A DNA stretch of 59,302 nucleotides, the filler included, from Squatina squatina (Eukaryota), in assembly GCA_031763465.1 (NCBI GenBank). It is 4 parts of 4 records of this genome, joined end to end, with 100 filler letters (N's around TTAATTAATTAA, not from the genome) between each part and the next. Parts side by side here need not be neighbours in the genome. Positions count along the whole stretch, not along the records: positions 14,283 to 28,008 come from JARFOE010000189.1; positions 28,109 to 44,164 come from JARFOE010000005.1; 2 more parts are not named here. One strand, written 5' to 3'. This document shows, in pieces, positions 25,417-38,265 of this stretch. The number at the start of each line of letters is the position of its first letter. The first letter of the stretch is position 1. The translations under genes were made by a program, and so were the position numbers. The notes under the pieces were generated by a model. It was not told the DNA's origin. It made no database searches and saw nothing but the letters and a program-made list of their open reading frames with translations.

Positions 25417-26731
25417 GTATGTACACCGTATGAATCTCGACATAAATTACTTGATTTGTTAAGGGAAAGGAAGGAAAAGTGTTCTGCTTCAGAAGCATTC
25501 TAACAAATGCCCTCCAGTACCTTCCAAGAGTGTCTTCTGCGTATGTTGGCGAGTTTGGCAGGCTGTTGGAATGTGAGTGATGCCACGGGTCTAACTGTCT
25601 CTGGCCTTGCTCTATTCCAGCAAGGGTCACTGAATTTAGACCAGGAAAAGGAATTTTTGCTGATTGTCTTCTCCAGTAATNNNNNNNNNNNNNNNNNNNN
25701 NNNNNNNNNNNNNNNNNNNNNNNNNNNNNNNNNNNNNNNNNNNNNNNNNNNNNNNNNNNNNNNNNNNNNNNNNNNNNNNNNNNNNNNNNNNNNNNNNNNN
25801 NNNNNNNNNNNNNNNNNNNNNNNNNNNNNNNNNNNNNNNNNNNNNNNNNNNNNNNNNNNNNNNNNNNNNNNNNNNNNNNNNNNNNNNNNNNNNNNNNNNN
25901 NNNNNNNNNNNNNNNNNNNNNNNNNNNNNNNNNNNNNNNNNNNNNNNNNNNNNNNNNNNNNNNNNNNNNNNNNNNNNNNNNNNNNNNNNNNNNNNNNNNN
26001 NNNNNNNNNNNNNNNNNNNNNNNNNNNNNNNNNNNNNNNNNNNNNNNNNNNNNNNNNNNNNNNNNNNNNNNNNNNNNNNNNNNNNNNNNNNNNNNNNNNN
26101 NNNNNNNNNNNNNNNNNNNNNNNNNNNNNNNNNNNNNNNNNNNNNNNNNNNNNNNNNNNNNNNNNNNNNNNNNNNNNNNNNNNNNNNNNNNNNNNNNNNN
26201 NNNNNNNNNNNNNNNNNNNNNNNNNNNNNNNNNNNNNNNNNNNNNNNNNNNNNNNNNNNNNNNNNNNNNNNNNNNNNNNNNNNNNNNNNNNNNNNNNNNN
26301 NNNNNNNNNNNNNNNNNNNNNNNNNNNNNNNNNNNNNNNNNNNNNNNNNNNNNNNNNNNNNNNNNNNNNNNNNNNNNNNNNNNNNNNNNNNNNNNNNNNN
26401 NNNNNNNNNNNNNNNNNNNNNNNNNNNNNNNNNNNNNNNNNNNNNNNNNNNNNNNNNNNNNNNNNNNNNNNNNNNNNNNNNNNNNNNNNNNNNNNNNNNN
26501 NNNNNNNNNNNNNCCTGATTTCAGCTGTACTACTGGGGAGAAACTGAATGGAGGGCCATGGCTTCCCAAAGGGAGAGCCTACTGTTCTGGACCACTGTCA
26601 CGCCCTGTAGTGACACATTTTAAAGTGGCTTTGTTAGGTGCCCAGGATCAGGTTAGCTCAGTTGAAAGGGATAGAAATTAACTTGTGTTAAAATTGCCAT
26701 AATTGTTTATAGTGTTTTTTCCATTTCATAG

Positions 26732-26812
26732 AGCTTTATGAAATCTTCCTGTCTAGAGCTAAGGAGCGATGGAAAAGCTTCAGTGAGATTGGATCAGAGA
26801 ATGAAACTGAAG
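26732..26812 (+). CDS. TBC1D12: TBC1D12 exon, 81 nt
   Basis: Acceptor ttcatag|AG; reads (E)[26 protein letters not shown]; donor G|gtaaac; close to recalled TBC1D12 [18 protein letters not shown]. Confidence 0.9.
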
Positions 26813-28008
26813 GTAAACTTGGTTCTTGAAGCGCCTCACATGGAGCAAATTACTGAATTATCAATGCAGAAAAGCAAAGCAATCCTCTTTGCTGTTGCCT
26901 CCTTGCATTATTGCAGGTCTATCATTATGTCTGCGCTCCATGCTGAAAGAGTGACATTTCTGCTCTACCATTTGTGATTTACTCTTGTGCCCAGACCATT
27001 TTACTTTCCTCATTTACTGGGCCTTTGATGACACAAATCTGCAGCTGTCATTCTCTTATTTGTGCACTGGTGGCACAATCAGACTAGCCCACACGATATC
27101 TATTGAAAATACTTCCATTACAGGTGTGGGAAGCCTCCTCACGCTTTCTGCTTTCACCGTGCAGTATTTCTCAATACAGAATAAGTGTGAGCTTTCAGAA
27201 AATCGCCAACATGGTTAAAACTGCTCTGCAAAGTACAGTTTGGCTTTTAAAGCTTAATATTTCATTCAACTTGAACTACAAACATGGATGGTATTCATGT
27301 TTCATATTTTGTTTCTAAATATTCAAGGGAAAAAAAATGAAGATGCAAGGTGAAAAACTTGTATAATCTTTGGAAACTAAATGAACCATGAGTGCTCCTG
27401 TGGTGACAGCTGAAATCCATACATGATCCAAACACGCACACTTTTTCTTCAACTGATGTGTCGCCAGTAATTATGGATCATGATGTTTCAGTGCAGCATG
27501 GGCAGGAAGTGCACATACAAATCTTGTTGACATGCAACTGAGCACTAGGAAAATCATCTCAGGAGTGCTGAAACCAAAACTGCCAGTCTGGCCCCCTGTC
27601 CTTGCACGTATCGTGCCACAACCTCCAAGAGAAGCAGCACTAATCGGAAAATATAATAGATCCCTAGAAAACTCTGATCTGCTTAGTAATGAAGCTCCTG
27701 AGGTGCTTCCTTGTTCAGGAACTGCATCTGGTTAGCGGGCAAAACCTCGGAACTCTCACCTGAAGTCAAATGGCAGAGGATGTGGGAAAGCATTGGGGTC
27801 AAGAATCGGGACCTGATCATGAACCCCGTGGATCAACTACCTGGCGTCACCATGCAGCGTAAAATCGGCACTGTGAACCACATCAGAATTTCACATTGGT
27901 ACTGCAATCACTTATGCCATAAAGGGAAGATGAAGCGGTGTGCGACTGTGGAGAAGTTGTCCAAACCATGGAGCATCTTGGGAACCATTGTTCTCTAAGA
28001 TCCTTTCC

Positions 28009-28108
28009 NNNNNNNNNNNNNNNNNNNNNNNNNNNNNNNNNNNNNNNNNNNNTTAATTAATTAANNNNNNNNNNNNNNNNNNNNNNNNNNNNNNNNNNNN
28101 NNNNNNNN
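28009..28108. other. Artificial scaffold linker (44N-TTAATTAATTAA-44N)
   Basis: Same structure as 14183-14282; the 12-mer is at 28053-28064. Confidence 0.97.
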
Positions 28109-28548
28109 AAGAGCCAGCCTAGACAGAATGGGCTGAATTGCCTCCTTCTGCACTGTGAGCTTCTCTGGTTCTATGTCCTGTGAGGCTGTGTGTTCACACT
28201 GTGATAGTGTACTGTGCGACTGTGATTGTACACTATGAGGCTATGTGCTCATACTGTGTGTACTGTGCAGCTGAATGTTCACACTGAGTGCGTACGGCGG
28301 GGCTGTGAGCTCACACTATGATGGTGATCTGAAGCAGGAGGCAAGGCTGACTGGTCTGCTCTCCAGCCCGATGACACGAGGGCACCACTGCCCCGATAAC
28401 ATTAGCTAGTTCAGCACAGGCAGGGCTGGGACCTGGGACCGTGTGCTTCTTATTGTCTGTTCCACACTGCATGGTCCATTTACCCACCGAGTCACCGCAG
28501 ATTGTGGGTAAGTTAGAAGAACAGCTGAGTGAGAAATCCCAAACTCAC

Positions 28549-28658
28549 CATCGCATTTTTAATTGCAGTCGGCTCTCCCGGTTGCTGTGCTCCATTGTGG
28601 TCCTTGTGGACAATCTCTACCCGGATGTCGTTCTTGGCAGAGACATCACCTTTACCAT
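28549..28658 (-). CDS. KIRREL-family juxtamembrane cytoplasmic exon, 110 nt
   Basis: Acceptor ttttccag|AT; reads xGKGDVSAKNDIRVEIVHKDHNGAQQPGEPTAIKNAM; donor |gtgagt. VSAKNDIRVEIVHK matches recalled KIRREL3. Missed by the ORF track. Confidence 0.85.
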
Positions 28659-28928
28659 CTGGAAAACAGTCACAGCAGAGAAATCAAACATCCCCTCCGG
28701 CAAACATTCACATTTACAAATTGATAAGCTGTTGGAAGCTGTGATGGGCCTGGAGTGTAGGCTATTGTCTGGAAGGATGAGGATTCGACAAACTCGGGCT
28801 CATCCACCCAGAAAGAACCAACACCTCTNNNNNNNNNNNNNNNNNNNNNNNNNNNNNNNNNNNNNNNNNNNNNNNNNNNNNNNNNNNNNNNNNNNNNNNN
28901 NNNNNNNNNNNNNNNNNNNNNNNNNNNN

Positions 28929-29290
28929 CCGCACAGCTGGATGACGGCGGAAGGACATTGGAAAAGGGTGGAGTGCTCAACCATGTCAAAGGCTGCAGAC
29001 AAATCAAGAAGAACGAGTAGGGTTAGTTTGCCTTTGTCACAGTCACAAGGCATGTCATTTGTGACTTTGATGAGAGCAGTTTCGGTACTGTGGCAGGTGC
29101 GGAAACCGGATTGGAGGGATTCAAACATGGAATTGTGGGAAAAACGGGCACGGATTTGGGAGATGACAACACGTTCAAGGACTTTGGAGAGGAAAGGGAA
29201 GTTGGAGATGGGGCAGTAGTTTGCAAGGAAGGAGAGATCGAGGGTTGGCATTTTGAGGAGAGGGGGAATGACAACAGATTTGAGGGGTAG
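28929..29290 (-). mobile_element. L2-clade LINE reverse transcriptase fragment
   Basis: NYCPISNFPFLSKVLERVV...QSGFRTCHSTETALIKVTND...LVLLDLSAAFD. Confidence 0.88.
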
Positions 29291-29398
29291 GTTTATATAT
29301 ACATTCTATATAATATACCTTCCAATTAGATGTGGAGGGTGGGTTTAAGGGAGGAAAGGAGGGCAAATGGTTTGGAGTAGACAGGGCAGGTGAATTCA

Positions 29399-29689
<291 letters not shown>

Positions 29690-31147
29690 TTATCAACTGC
29701 TTTCGAAGAACAGCAGGCATGCCAGAACATTCACAGAGTTTCACAAGTGTGAAGAAGCTGTAGCTGTACTTCATTGGCTATGAAGTTTTTGGGCTGTCCT
29801 GAGGTTGTGAAAGGTGCTATATAAATGCAGCTCTTTCCTTCTTAGTGCAAATATGCAACTCTAGGGCTCAAATATGGGTTGAGATTCTCCATAGGGAACA
29901 CTGGGAGCATATAATGGGAGATTAATTCCTATGCACCAGCAGTGGAAAATCCCGCCAAGGGTAATCTTAAACACTAACTCATCTGAGATACTTTTCATTG
30001 CTCACTGCTTGAGAAATACATTTGGAATGGTCCCTTCTCTCCCCATTGGTAAGCATACCAGCTGGTATCAGTTTTACTGGTCAGTTCTCTGATCAACAAT
30101 GGGCTCCAGTGTCTCCAGGGCACAAGAGAAAATACAAAAATCATTCCGACTGGCTCCGGATTTATTGCTATTCAGCGATTCCTGATGGAAAGCGCATGAG
30201 TGGTCATCAGGCTCGGCTGACATGCAACCGCCTTTGTTGAATAACCTACAGACATTCTATCGATAGTCGGAACTTAGGGAATGTGCAGTTTGCTGATGAA
30301 GCTCCCTCCCAACAGGCATTGTGCTCCCTGGGATTTTCATCACTCCACCATTGTTGGCCATGCCTTCAGCTGCCTCGGTCCTAGGCCTTCATAGCAAGAG
30401 GATTCGAGTACAGGAGCAGGGTTATCTTGCTACAGTNNNNNNNNNNNNNNNNNNNNNNNNNNNNNNNNNNNNNNNNNNNNNNNNNNNNNNNNNNNNNNNN
30501 NNNNNNNNNNNNNNNNNNNNNNNNNNNNNNNNNNNNAGATACTGAGGCTAATAATAGCCTCCCAACTGCAACCCTGGTGGGGATCAGCTAAGTAAGCGCT
30601 TGGCCAGGAATTAAGCCAGGAGCTCTGCAGCACATTGGGCCATCGAGAGGCTCTGCTGTAATTGCAATAACTACAAAAACCTAAAGTATTTCATTTATTC
30701 TCCAATAAATGTAACAGTTGATTACTTTGTTGGGTAGCCACATGCTGTTAGACCCTGCTCATTTTGAATGTAAGTTTAAAAAAAATGATCAATCATTTAA
30801 TAGGCAGCATCTGCTGAGCCAGGCTGGGCAATCCACACTCAGTCTGCTGTGTTCGTGCAAGTTCATTTCCTTGCTTCTTGTTACAAAATGAAAGCAGCTC
30901 CCTTGTATTGAATTGCATCGGTTGAGATAATTGCTTCCACTAATGATCTGCCATTATTGTATTCCAGTCCTTAATCCTTCACTCACCCTCACACAGTGAC
31001 AGCCATAGTTGCCAAGCTCATCAAAATAAGGAATGATCAAGATTGCATTACCCTGACTGGGCATCTCAGACCCCATTTCAGGGAGATCTGTAAGACACTT
31101 CCGTTGTTACAGACTCTGAGCATACAGTCTACCTCAGGCACTCAGCT

Positions 31148-31528
31148 CAGGAGCATAGGAACAAGAGCAGGCCATTCAGCATCTCAAGCCTGTTCTACTA
31201 TTCAATCAGATCATGGCTGATCTGCAGCTCAACCCTATTTACCTGCTTTAGCGCCACATCCTTTGATACTCTTACCCAACAAAAATCTATCGCTCTCAGT
31301 CTTCAAAGCTCCAATTGTCCCCAGCATCCACAGCCTTTTCGGCCAAGAATTCCGATATTGTTTGTGTGGGAAAAGTACTTCCTGATTTCCCTTCTAAATG
31401 GGCTAGCTCTAATTCTAAGGGTCTGCCCCCTTGTTGTTGATTCCCCCACCAGAGGAAATAGTTTCTCTCTATCGACTCTATTGAATGATCCTAAACACTC
31501 CTTTTAACATTTTCAACACAGTAGGGGT
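31148..31528 (-). mobile_element. CR1 LINE 3' end
   Basis: Reverse of the CR1 tail (catagga...ggccattcagc...gatcatggctgatct) plus degenerate ORF2 C-terminus. Confidence 0.7.
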
Positions 31529-32545
31529 NNNNNNNNNNNNNNNNNNNNNNNNNNNNNNNNNNNNNNNNNNNNNNNNNNNNNNNNNNNNNNNNNNNNNNNN
31601 NNNNNNNNNNNNNNNNNNNNNNNNNNNNCAGGCATAAGGTGAGAACAGCATTGAGCTGTGCTGTGATGCCACCCAGTGTTGATTGGCCTGCTGGAGATCA
31701 CTGCCACACTCCAATGTGATGAATGTCCTGCTGAGTGAAGGGCCACATATCTGCTGGGGCCTGAGGTATTGTATCCCAGCAAGCTTTGTGGAAAAGGGAG
31801 AGGAACTTGCAGAAGAAAGTTACAAAATAAAGCATTTAACAGAATAATTTCATTTGAAGAGGCAATTATGCAAAGCAATCAGATCTGATAGTCCTAACAG
31901 GTTCCATCTATTAAACGTCTATTAGAGAAGCTCTTCCACTTTATCAAGATCTATATTTACAGCATTCCTAAAGGTGCCTACAGTGCAGTCCCAGATTCTT
32001 TGCAAGGAATTGGCTTTCACTCAGTATTTAAATTTTTCTAGCTGCCAGATGGTTCTCCATCTCTCATCCCCGGTGGTCCTATTTGACATCTGTTTGCCAT
32101 TAATATTAAACAGTTACTCAGAAGATAGATTCCCCCTCTGATCACATAGCGATTCACTGCACCACAAGCTAATAATGTGCCAGGCGCCCAGTGGGCTGTA
32201 CGGCCTCTGTGTAGTTCCACTCTGCATAATTGTTGCATAAGAGCTTTGTTGCAGCACTGAGGGATGCAAGTTGGCATTCGAGGCTCACCAAGGTACTGTA
32301 ACACATTCCACGGCAGCAACTTCATAACAGTGCAAGGAAACTTAAATGGCAGCAACTTGCTTTGGATGTAAGTCTGCTGCCCTTCCTGGGATCACTTTCA
32401 CACATCATGGGTTCGTCACAAAAACATCAGCAACAACTTGCATTTNNNNNNNNNNNNNNNNNNNNNNNNNNNNNNNNNNNNNNNNNNNNNNNNNNNNNNN
32501 NNNNNNNNNNNNNNNNNNNNNNNNNNNNNNNNNNNNNNNNNNNNN

Positions 32546-33365
32546 TCCTCTTCTGTCTGGCGGTCAGCCATTCCCTCTCTGCCTGCGTACTCTATCTGTG
32601 GGGTGACCACTTCCTGAAATGTGCTATAGGTTTATGTTTCAATGAGATCACTTCTCATTCTTCTAAACTCCAGGGAATATAAGCCTAGTCTACTCGATCT
32701 CTCCTCATAGGACAATCTTCTTATCCCATGAATCAGTCTGGTGAACCTTTTGTTGAACTCCCTGTAAGACAACTGCACCCTTCCTTGGGTAAGAAGACCA
32801 AGACTTTACACAGTGCTCTAGATGTGGTCACACCAAGGCCCTATATAGTTGTAGTTAGACTTCTTTGCTCTTGTGCTCCAATCCCAACCCCTTTTGTAAA
32901 AAAAAGGCCAACATACCGTTTGCTTTTCGGAATTGCCTGCTGTGCTTGCATGTTAACTTAGTGATTTTGTGTACAAGGGCACCTCGGTCCATCTGAGTAC
33001 CAACATTTCCCAGTCTCTTGCCATTTAAAAAAAATACTGCTTTTCTATTTTCTTACCAAAGTGGATAACTTCAAACTTCTCCACATTATATTCCATCTGC
33101 CAGGTTCTTGCCCACTCACTTAACCTGTCTATATCCCTTTGCAGCCTCCTTGCTTCCTTCTCGCAGCTTATTTTCCCACCTAACTTGACCCATTTATTCC
33201 GACTGTTTTCTGACCACTAACCAATCCTCAATCCATTCCGATATGTTGCCCCCAATTCCGTGAGCCCTAATTTAACGTAATAGCCTCTTGTGTGGCACCT
33301 TATTGAATGCTTTTTGAAAATCCAAATACACTACATCCACTGGTTCCCCTTTATCTATCCTGCTA
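32546..33365 (-). mobile_element. CR1 LINE ORF2 fragments
   Basis: Minus strand encodes VDVVYLDFQKAFNKVPHKRLL and downstream CR1 motifs; resembles 42941-43400. Confidence 0.8.
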
Positions 33366-33379
33366 CTTCTCGAGCCCTC

Positions 33380-33510
33380 CAAGGATCTCTTCTTGGCCCC
33401 CTCCTATTTCTCATCTACGTGCTGTCCCCTGGCGACATCATTTGAAAACACACTGTCAGGTTCCATATGTTTGCTGATGACACCCAGCGCTACCTCACCA
33501 CAACCACCCC
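33380..33510 (+). mobile_element. L2 LINE RT fragment
   Basis: LGPLLFLIY...FHMFADDTQRYLTTT (YADD-box region). Confidence 0.7.
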
Positions 33511-33565
33511 ATTCCACTCCAGCCTGCCTCACCCCAGCCTCCTCACCTCACTCACCCCACCTCAC

Positions 33566-33723
33566 CTTTATGTAGGTGGCCCCGCCAAGGGGCTCTCCGT
33601 CTTGTATCCAGGTTATGACGGCGGCTGGCTTGGCGTTGTCAGCACGGCAAGTCAGGTTCAGGGAGTCTCCGACCTTTAGGCTGACAATGGGCCCACTGCT
33701 GATGACTGGATTGTCTGGAGGTA
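33566..33723 (-). CDS. KIRREL-family Ig2 N-terminal exon, 158 nt
   Basis: Acceptor gttgcag|TA; reads (I)[52 protein letters not shown]; donor |gtgagg; splices in frame from the 38116-38265 exon. Missed by the ORF track. Confidence 0.9.
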
Positions 33724-33889
33724 CTGCAACAAACAGATCAGAAATACAAGCATAAAACCACTGACGGTTGACAAAGGCAGCTCAGTGACCACAAAGTTAG
33801 TAGTTCCAGCCCCTGTAACTCAAATTCTCAACACCACTATAGCCCTGCAACTCAGTCAGAGCTCTAATTTACAATAAATCCACTGCGAG

Positions 33890-34248
33890 TCGCTCTGTTA
33901 CTCTCTGTGTCATTAAGTGCCAGTCCCTCTATTACTATCTGTGTCACTCAGTGCCAGTCCCTCTGTTACTCTCTGTGTCACTCAGTGCCAATCCCTCTAT
34001 TACTCTCTGTGTCACTCAGTGCCAGTCCCTCTTTTACTCTCTGTGTCACTCACTGCCAGTCACTTTATTACTCTCTGCGTCACTCAGTGCCAGTCCCTCT
34101 GTTACCCTCTATGTCACTCAGTGCCAGTCCCTCAATTACTCTCTGTGTCACTCAGTGCCAGTCCCTCTATTACCCTGTGTAACTCAGTGCCAGTCCCTCT
34201 ATTACTATCTGTGTCACTCAGTGCCAGTCCCTCTATTACCCTCTGTGT
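33890..34248. repeat. 34-bp minisatellite, about 10 copies, running into a gap
   Basis: Unit approximately TATTACTCTCTGTGTCACTCAGTGCCAGTCCCTC; gtgcca recurs at 33917, 33951, 33985 and 34019. Confidence 0.92.
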
Positions 34249-37200
34249 NNNNNNNNNNNNNNNNNNNNNNNNNNNNNNNNNNNNNNNNNNNNNNNNNNNN
34301 NNNNNNNNNNNNNNNNNNNNNNNNNNNNNNNNNNNNNNNNNNNNNNNNCCTGTTTCTGTGCTGTGAAAACTATGTAAGACTATGTAGGTTTAGGCCATTC
34401 AGCCCCTCGAGCGTGTTCCGCCATTCAATTAGATCATGGTTGATCTGTATCTGATACTACAACTCTCCCACAGCACTTACACTCTCTCATCTCTGGGGAA
34501 GCTGCACCAACCCCCAGTCCCAGTCTCAGGCCCATGGGCCATGCCTCTTGCAATGGCTCCCATTCTCCACAGCAACCCATATCCGCTATAGAAAGCTCAC
34601 TGAAGTGCTCAGCAACTTGTCCTTCCCCACCCCCACAAGCTGAAGGAAACAAAAGGAAGGGGAGAAAAATAACTGTGAATTCCTGATAATCGGCCTTCGA
34701 TTTCTGTGGTCTAACGCAAAAAACAGTCAAGAGCCTTTTTGTCTTCAATAACTAATGCCTCTGCTTCACTGGACCTCGATGTAAGTGAGAAAAATGGAGT
34801 CTTATTTTGTGAAAAAAGATGTTTTGGGTCTAGTTTATCTTTTAGAAATTTCCAGTCGCCCGTCTCAAAAAGTGGACTGTTTAGTCCAAAATTGGTTGAC
34901 GTTCTCACATCCAGGGGCGTGTTGACAGAGGTCTCAGCCCCTCCCTCAGAACATTGCTGATGCATAACTGCAGGCCATCGCTCAGAATAAAGCTAGAGAA
35001 TAAACCTTACATTTCTATCACGCCTTTTATATGTGCTCATGCTGCCCCAATGTGCTGCAGACACTGAATTACTTTTGAAGAGCAGTAATTATCGTTATGT
35101 AGGGAAACAAATGAATCTGTTGGACTTTGATTTCCTTGCGGGTACCTATCACATAAACCATCTGCTCGAGCATGTGAGGAGAGCTGAGTTCTATTTTGAA
35201 ACGGATTAATTCAGCTGGTAAATAAAAGCTTTGTGTAAGTGATGGACACGTTGAACTGGCAGCAAACCATGGGCTGGTGATTTGAGGCCTCTGCCTGATC
35301 CGTTGTACACACATAAAAGTGACTCTGTCTGCCGCGAAGCTCGGGCTGCACCACTCTGGCTGTTAGAAGTCAGACACATTGTTTATTTTTAGTGCTGAAG
35401 TTGGGACGAGCTGCAAATCAGCTCCAGCATTCTTATCAAACACTCTGGCAAACTGTCAGTCACACAATTAATTTCGGCAGTCTGCAGGATGCAAACATTG
35501 AGGGTTCCACCCACTTAGAGACAGGGAGAGAGAGAGGTGCACATAGAGACAGAGACACACACATACACAGGGAAATNNNNNNNNNNNNNNNNNNNNNNNN
35601 NNNNNNNNNNNNNNNNNNNNNNNNNNNNNNNNNNNNNNNNNNNNNNNNNNNNNNNNNNNNNNNNNNNNNNNNNNNNCACATGGTTAAATGAGGACAGGTG
35701 GTGACATGAACACTCTCCCCCTCTGTCAGTGCCCCATTGAGTTTTTAACTGACCGAGGTACGGGAGTCGCTGCTGCAGCAGGTGCACACCTCATTTTCAG
35801 ACTGAAATTACATTGCACCAGATAAGAGAGAAAAGATTTAATGCAATTTTATTAAAATTGCAGAGATGTGAAGTATCATTCTTTCACTGCTCGGGAGGCT
35901 GTCTGCTGCTGATTAAGTGAATGACCCGTGATTGAAATTCACTTCTGATTAGCGTCTCGCTCCTGCACCTCATCCTGATTTCATTGCAATTCTCAGCTCT
36001 GCATATCACAGCTGATAAGTTTCGTTACAACTAGTCACAGAGCTTGTCCTGACAGTTGGAATTCTAATGAAGTAGTGAGGGGCCTTGTGTTGTACGTGGA
36101 GTGTTAGAGTCCATGTCCGGTCCATTAAACCAAACAGTGCCCACAATGCTCCCGCTTCCCAGTCACATTGCGAGAGTCCTTGACAATAGTGCAAAACAGG
36201 CACATGTGAGTCAGCAGCCTGTTTACATCTCTTCCCATTATTACTTCCATTGAGGTCAACTGAAATAAAAATCAATTGATGGAAGATTCAATAGAGGTGT
36301 TCAAAAATTATGAAGGGTTTTGATAGAATAAATAGAGACAAACTCTACTGGCNNNNNNNNNNNNNNNNNNNNNNNNNNNNNNNNNNNNNNNNNNNNNNNN
36401 NNNNNNNNNNNNNNNNNNNNNNNNNNNNNNNNNNNNNNNNNNNNNNNNNNNNCTCGATTTAAAGCAAAATATTCTAATGAGTCAAAAACTGCCTTTCAGG
36501 AGTTTGTTGTTAATTTAAAGTACTAGGGGAAGCACATTGTAGAGCGACCATAAACCATTTGATTTTATTGCTCCCACAAGCACTAATTCAAAAGCTTCTG
36601 CAATTAAAATAAAATGAGAATTTAGAGGGAATTTTCCCCCCTAATTAGCTCTTTAGTCAATTTCAGGTACATTTCATTCATCCAACCGTTGAATTTCACC
36701 CGCTCAGGAACGTTGGTAAGTGAGGGAGCTATGAGGTAATTAATGACTGTATTTACACGTTAAATAATCTGAGGGAATAATAAAGATGATGGCTTAATTG
36801 CAGTAGATTCCTGGAGCTTTGTGAAACTGTTCAGTGTCGGGCCCAGGAGGAGGCAGCCGTGAACTCGGCAAGAGGCTTTCAATCAAAGAAAGAATAGTTC
36901 TCCTTTCCTGCCTGTGGTAACATTGCAGCGAGGAGCTCTCCTTTTGAAAAGTTATCCTCTCCAGCTAATAGCCATCCAGGAGTTATTTTTTTTTCCTTCC
37001 TGCATTAAGTACACTGAATGCTGCTCTATTATTCTCAAACATATTGGATTAGCGAGGCTTCAAATTAAACGACACGGAGATGGAGTTCCAGCAAGAATAG
37101 ACTGTGATTGCGCGAGTCACCAATAGAACTGCTTATCAGCCTCTCAGCCCACTTCTTATTCATGCTGCAATGAATTATTGATTGACTCGTGTCTCATTAA

Positions 37201-37569
37201 GCATGAATCAGGAGCTCTATGAATAGCAAGCCCAGACCCATTCCAATAGGTGGAGATGGGAATCAGCCCACACTTCTGCACTGGGAAATGAGAAATGGTG
37301 AGAGGAATAAAGTTCCCCCCCTTAATAAATGTTAATTCGGAAAAGGCAGGACATTAGTTCCTGTCGCCTGACTCCCAAACTACAAGGGCAGAGTGGCTGG
37401 GCCATACTGATTAACTTCTCAGGAAGATTGAGGATCCCATTTATTATTTAAACCTTCACACACCCACCATGAGCTTGGAGGAGGTAATGGAAGGTGTCAG
37501 TGCTCAGTCCAGTGTATGACATAGTCAGAGAGGAAGGTGGCAAGTTTCAGCCATGGTCCACTCTCCATC

Positions 37570-37818
37570 AGAAGAAATCAGCCTGGGTTCCTGCTCCTGA
37601 TCACTACCCAGTGACACCTGGATTTGGGAGAGTCAGGACTCCCATCCTGGTCACTGTTCTTTCCCCCCTGGGTTAGGGAGAGAGGAAATCAGCCTGGTTT
37701 CTGGCTCGTGTTGACTGCCCAGCGAACAATGGGTTAGGGAGAGGAGAAACACCCAGGACTCCCGTTCCTGGTCACTGTCGGTTGACCCCTAGTTTAAAGA
37801 GAAGAAACATCAGCCAAG
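37570..37818. repeat. Degenerate tandem repeat (~55-60 bp, 4-5 copies)
   Basis: Recurring gaaatcagcctgg / caggactccc..tcctggtcactgt / gggttagggagag motifs. Confidence 0.55.
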
Positions 37819-38115
37819 NNNNNNNNNNNNNNNNNNNNNNNNNNNNNNNNNNNNNNNNNNNNNNNNNNNNNNNNNNNNNNNNNNNNNNNNNNNNNNNNNN
37901 NNNNNNNNNNNNNNNNNNATTACTTTGAAATTACTTTCTGTAACGGTAGGGAACTTGGATCCTATGCTTCAATTTGGATTCTTAATACTGCCTTTGAACT
38001 CATCCTGACTGAACAGTGGGCATATTACACAGTGCTCCAATATATGCAGCAGTCCGCAAATCCCAGGTATATATAACTCACACACGCAGCGTATTCGGAA
38101 TTGTCCTCGACTTAC

Positions 38116-38265
38116 TGAGCACAGTCAGCCGTGCCGGCTGGGATCGCAGGGCTGCGTGTGTTGCCTGACATTCGTACACTGCATCATCGATGAGCTCCGC
38201 TTTCTCGATCCGGAGGCTGTATTCGCCAGCTGCATGGTCTCCCACAATGGAGTAACGTGGAAAGC
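38116..38265 (-). CDS. KIRREL-family Ig1 C-terminal exon, 150 nt
   Basis: Acceptor cttgcag|GC; reads [49 protein letters not shown]; donor A|gtaagt; carries the Ig DxAxYxC motif. Paralog identity (KIRREL2/kirrel3-like versus KIRREL3) is uncertain. Confidence 0.9.

Noticed and set aside
33890-34248. CRISPR-like array or Cys-rich repeat protein
   Set aside because: Units are head-to-tail with no unique spacers and no cas genes, in a vertebrate intron; the ORFs arise because the unit lacks stops.
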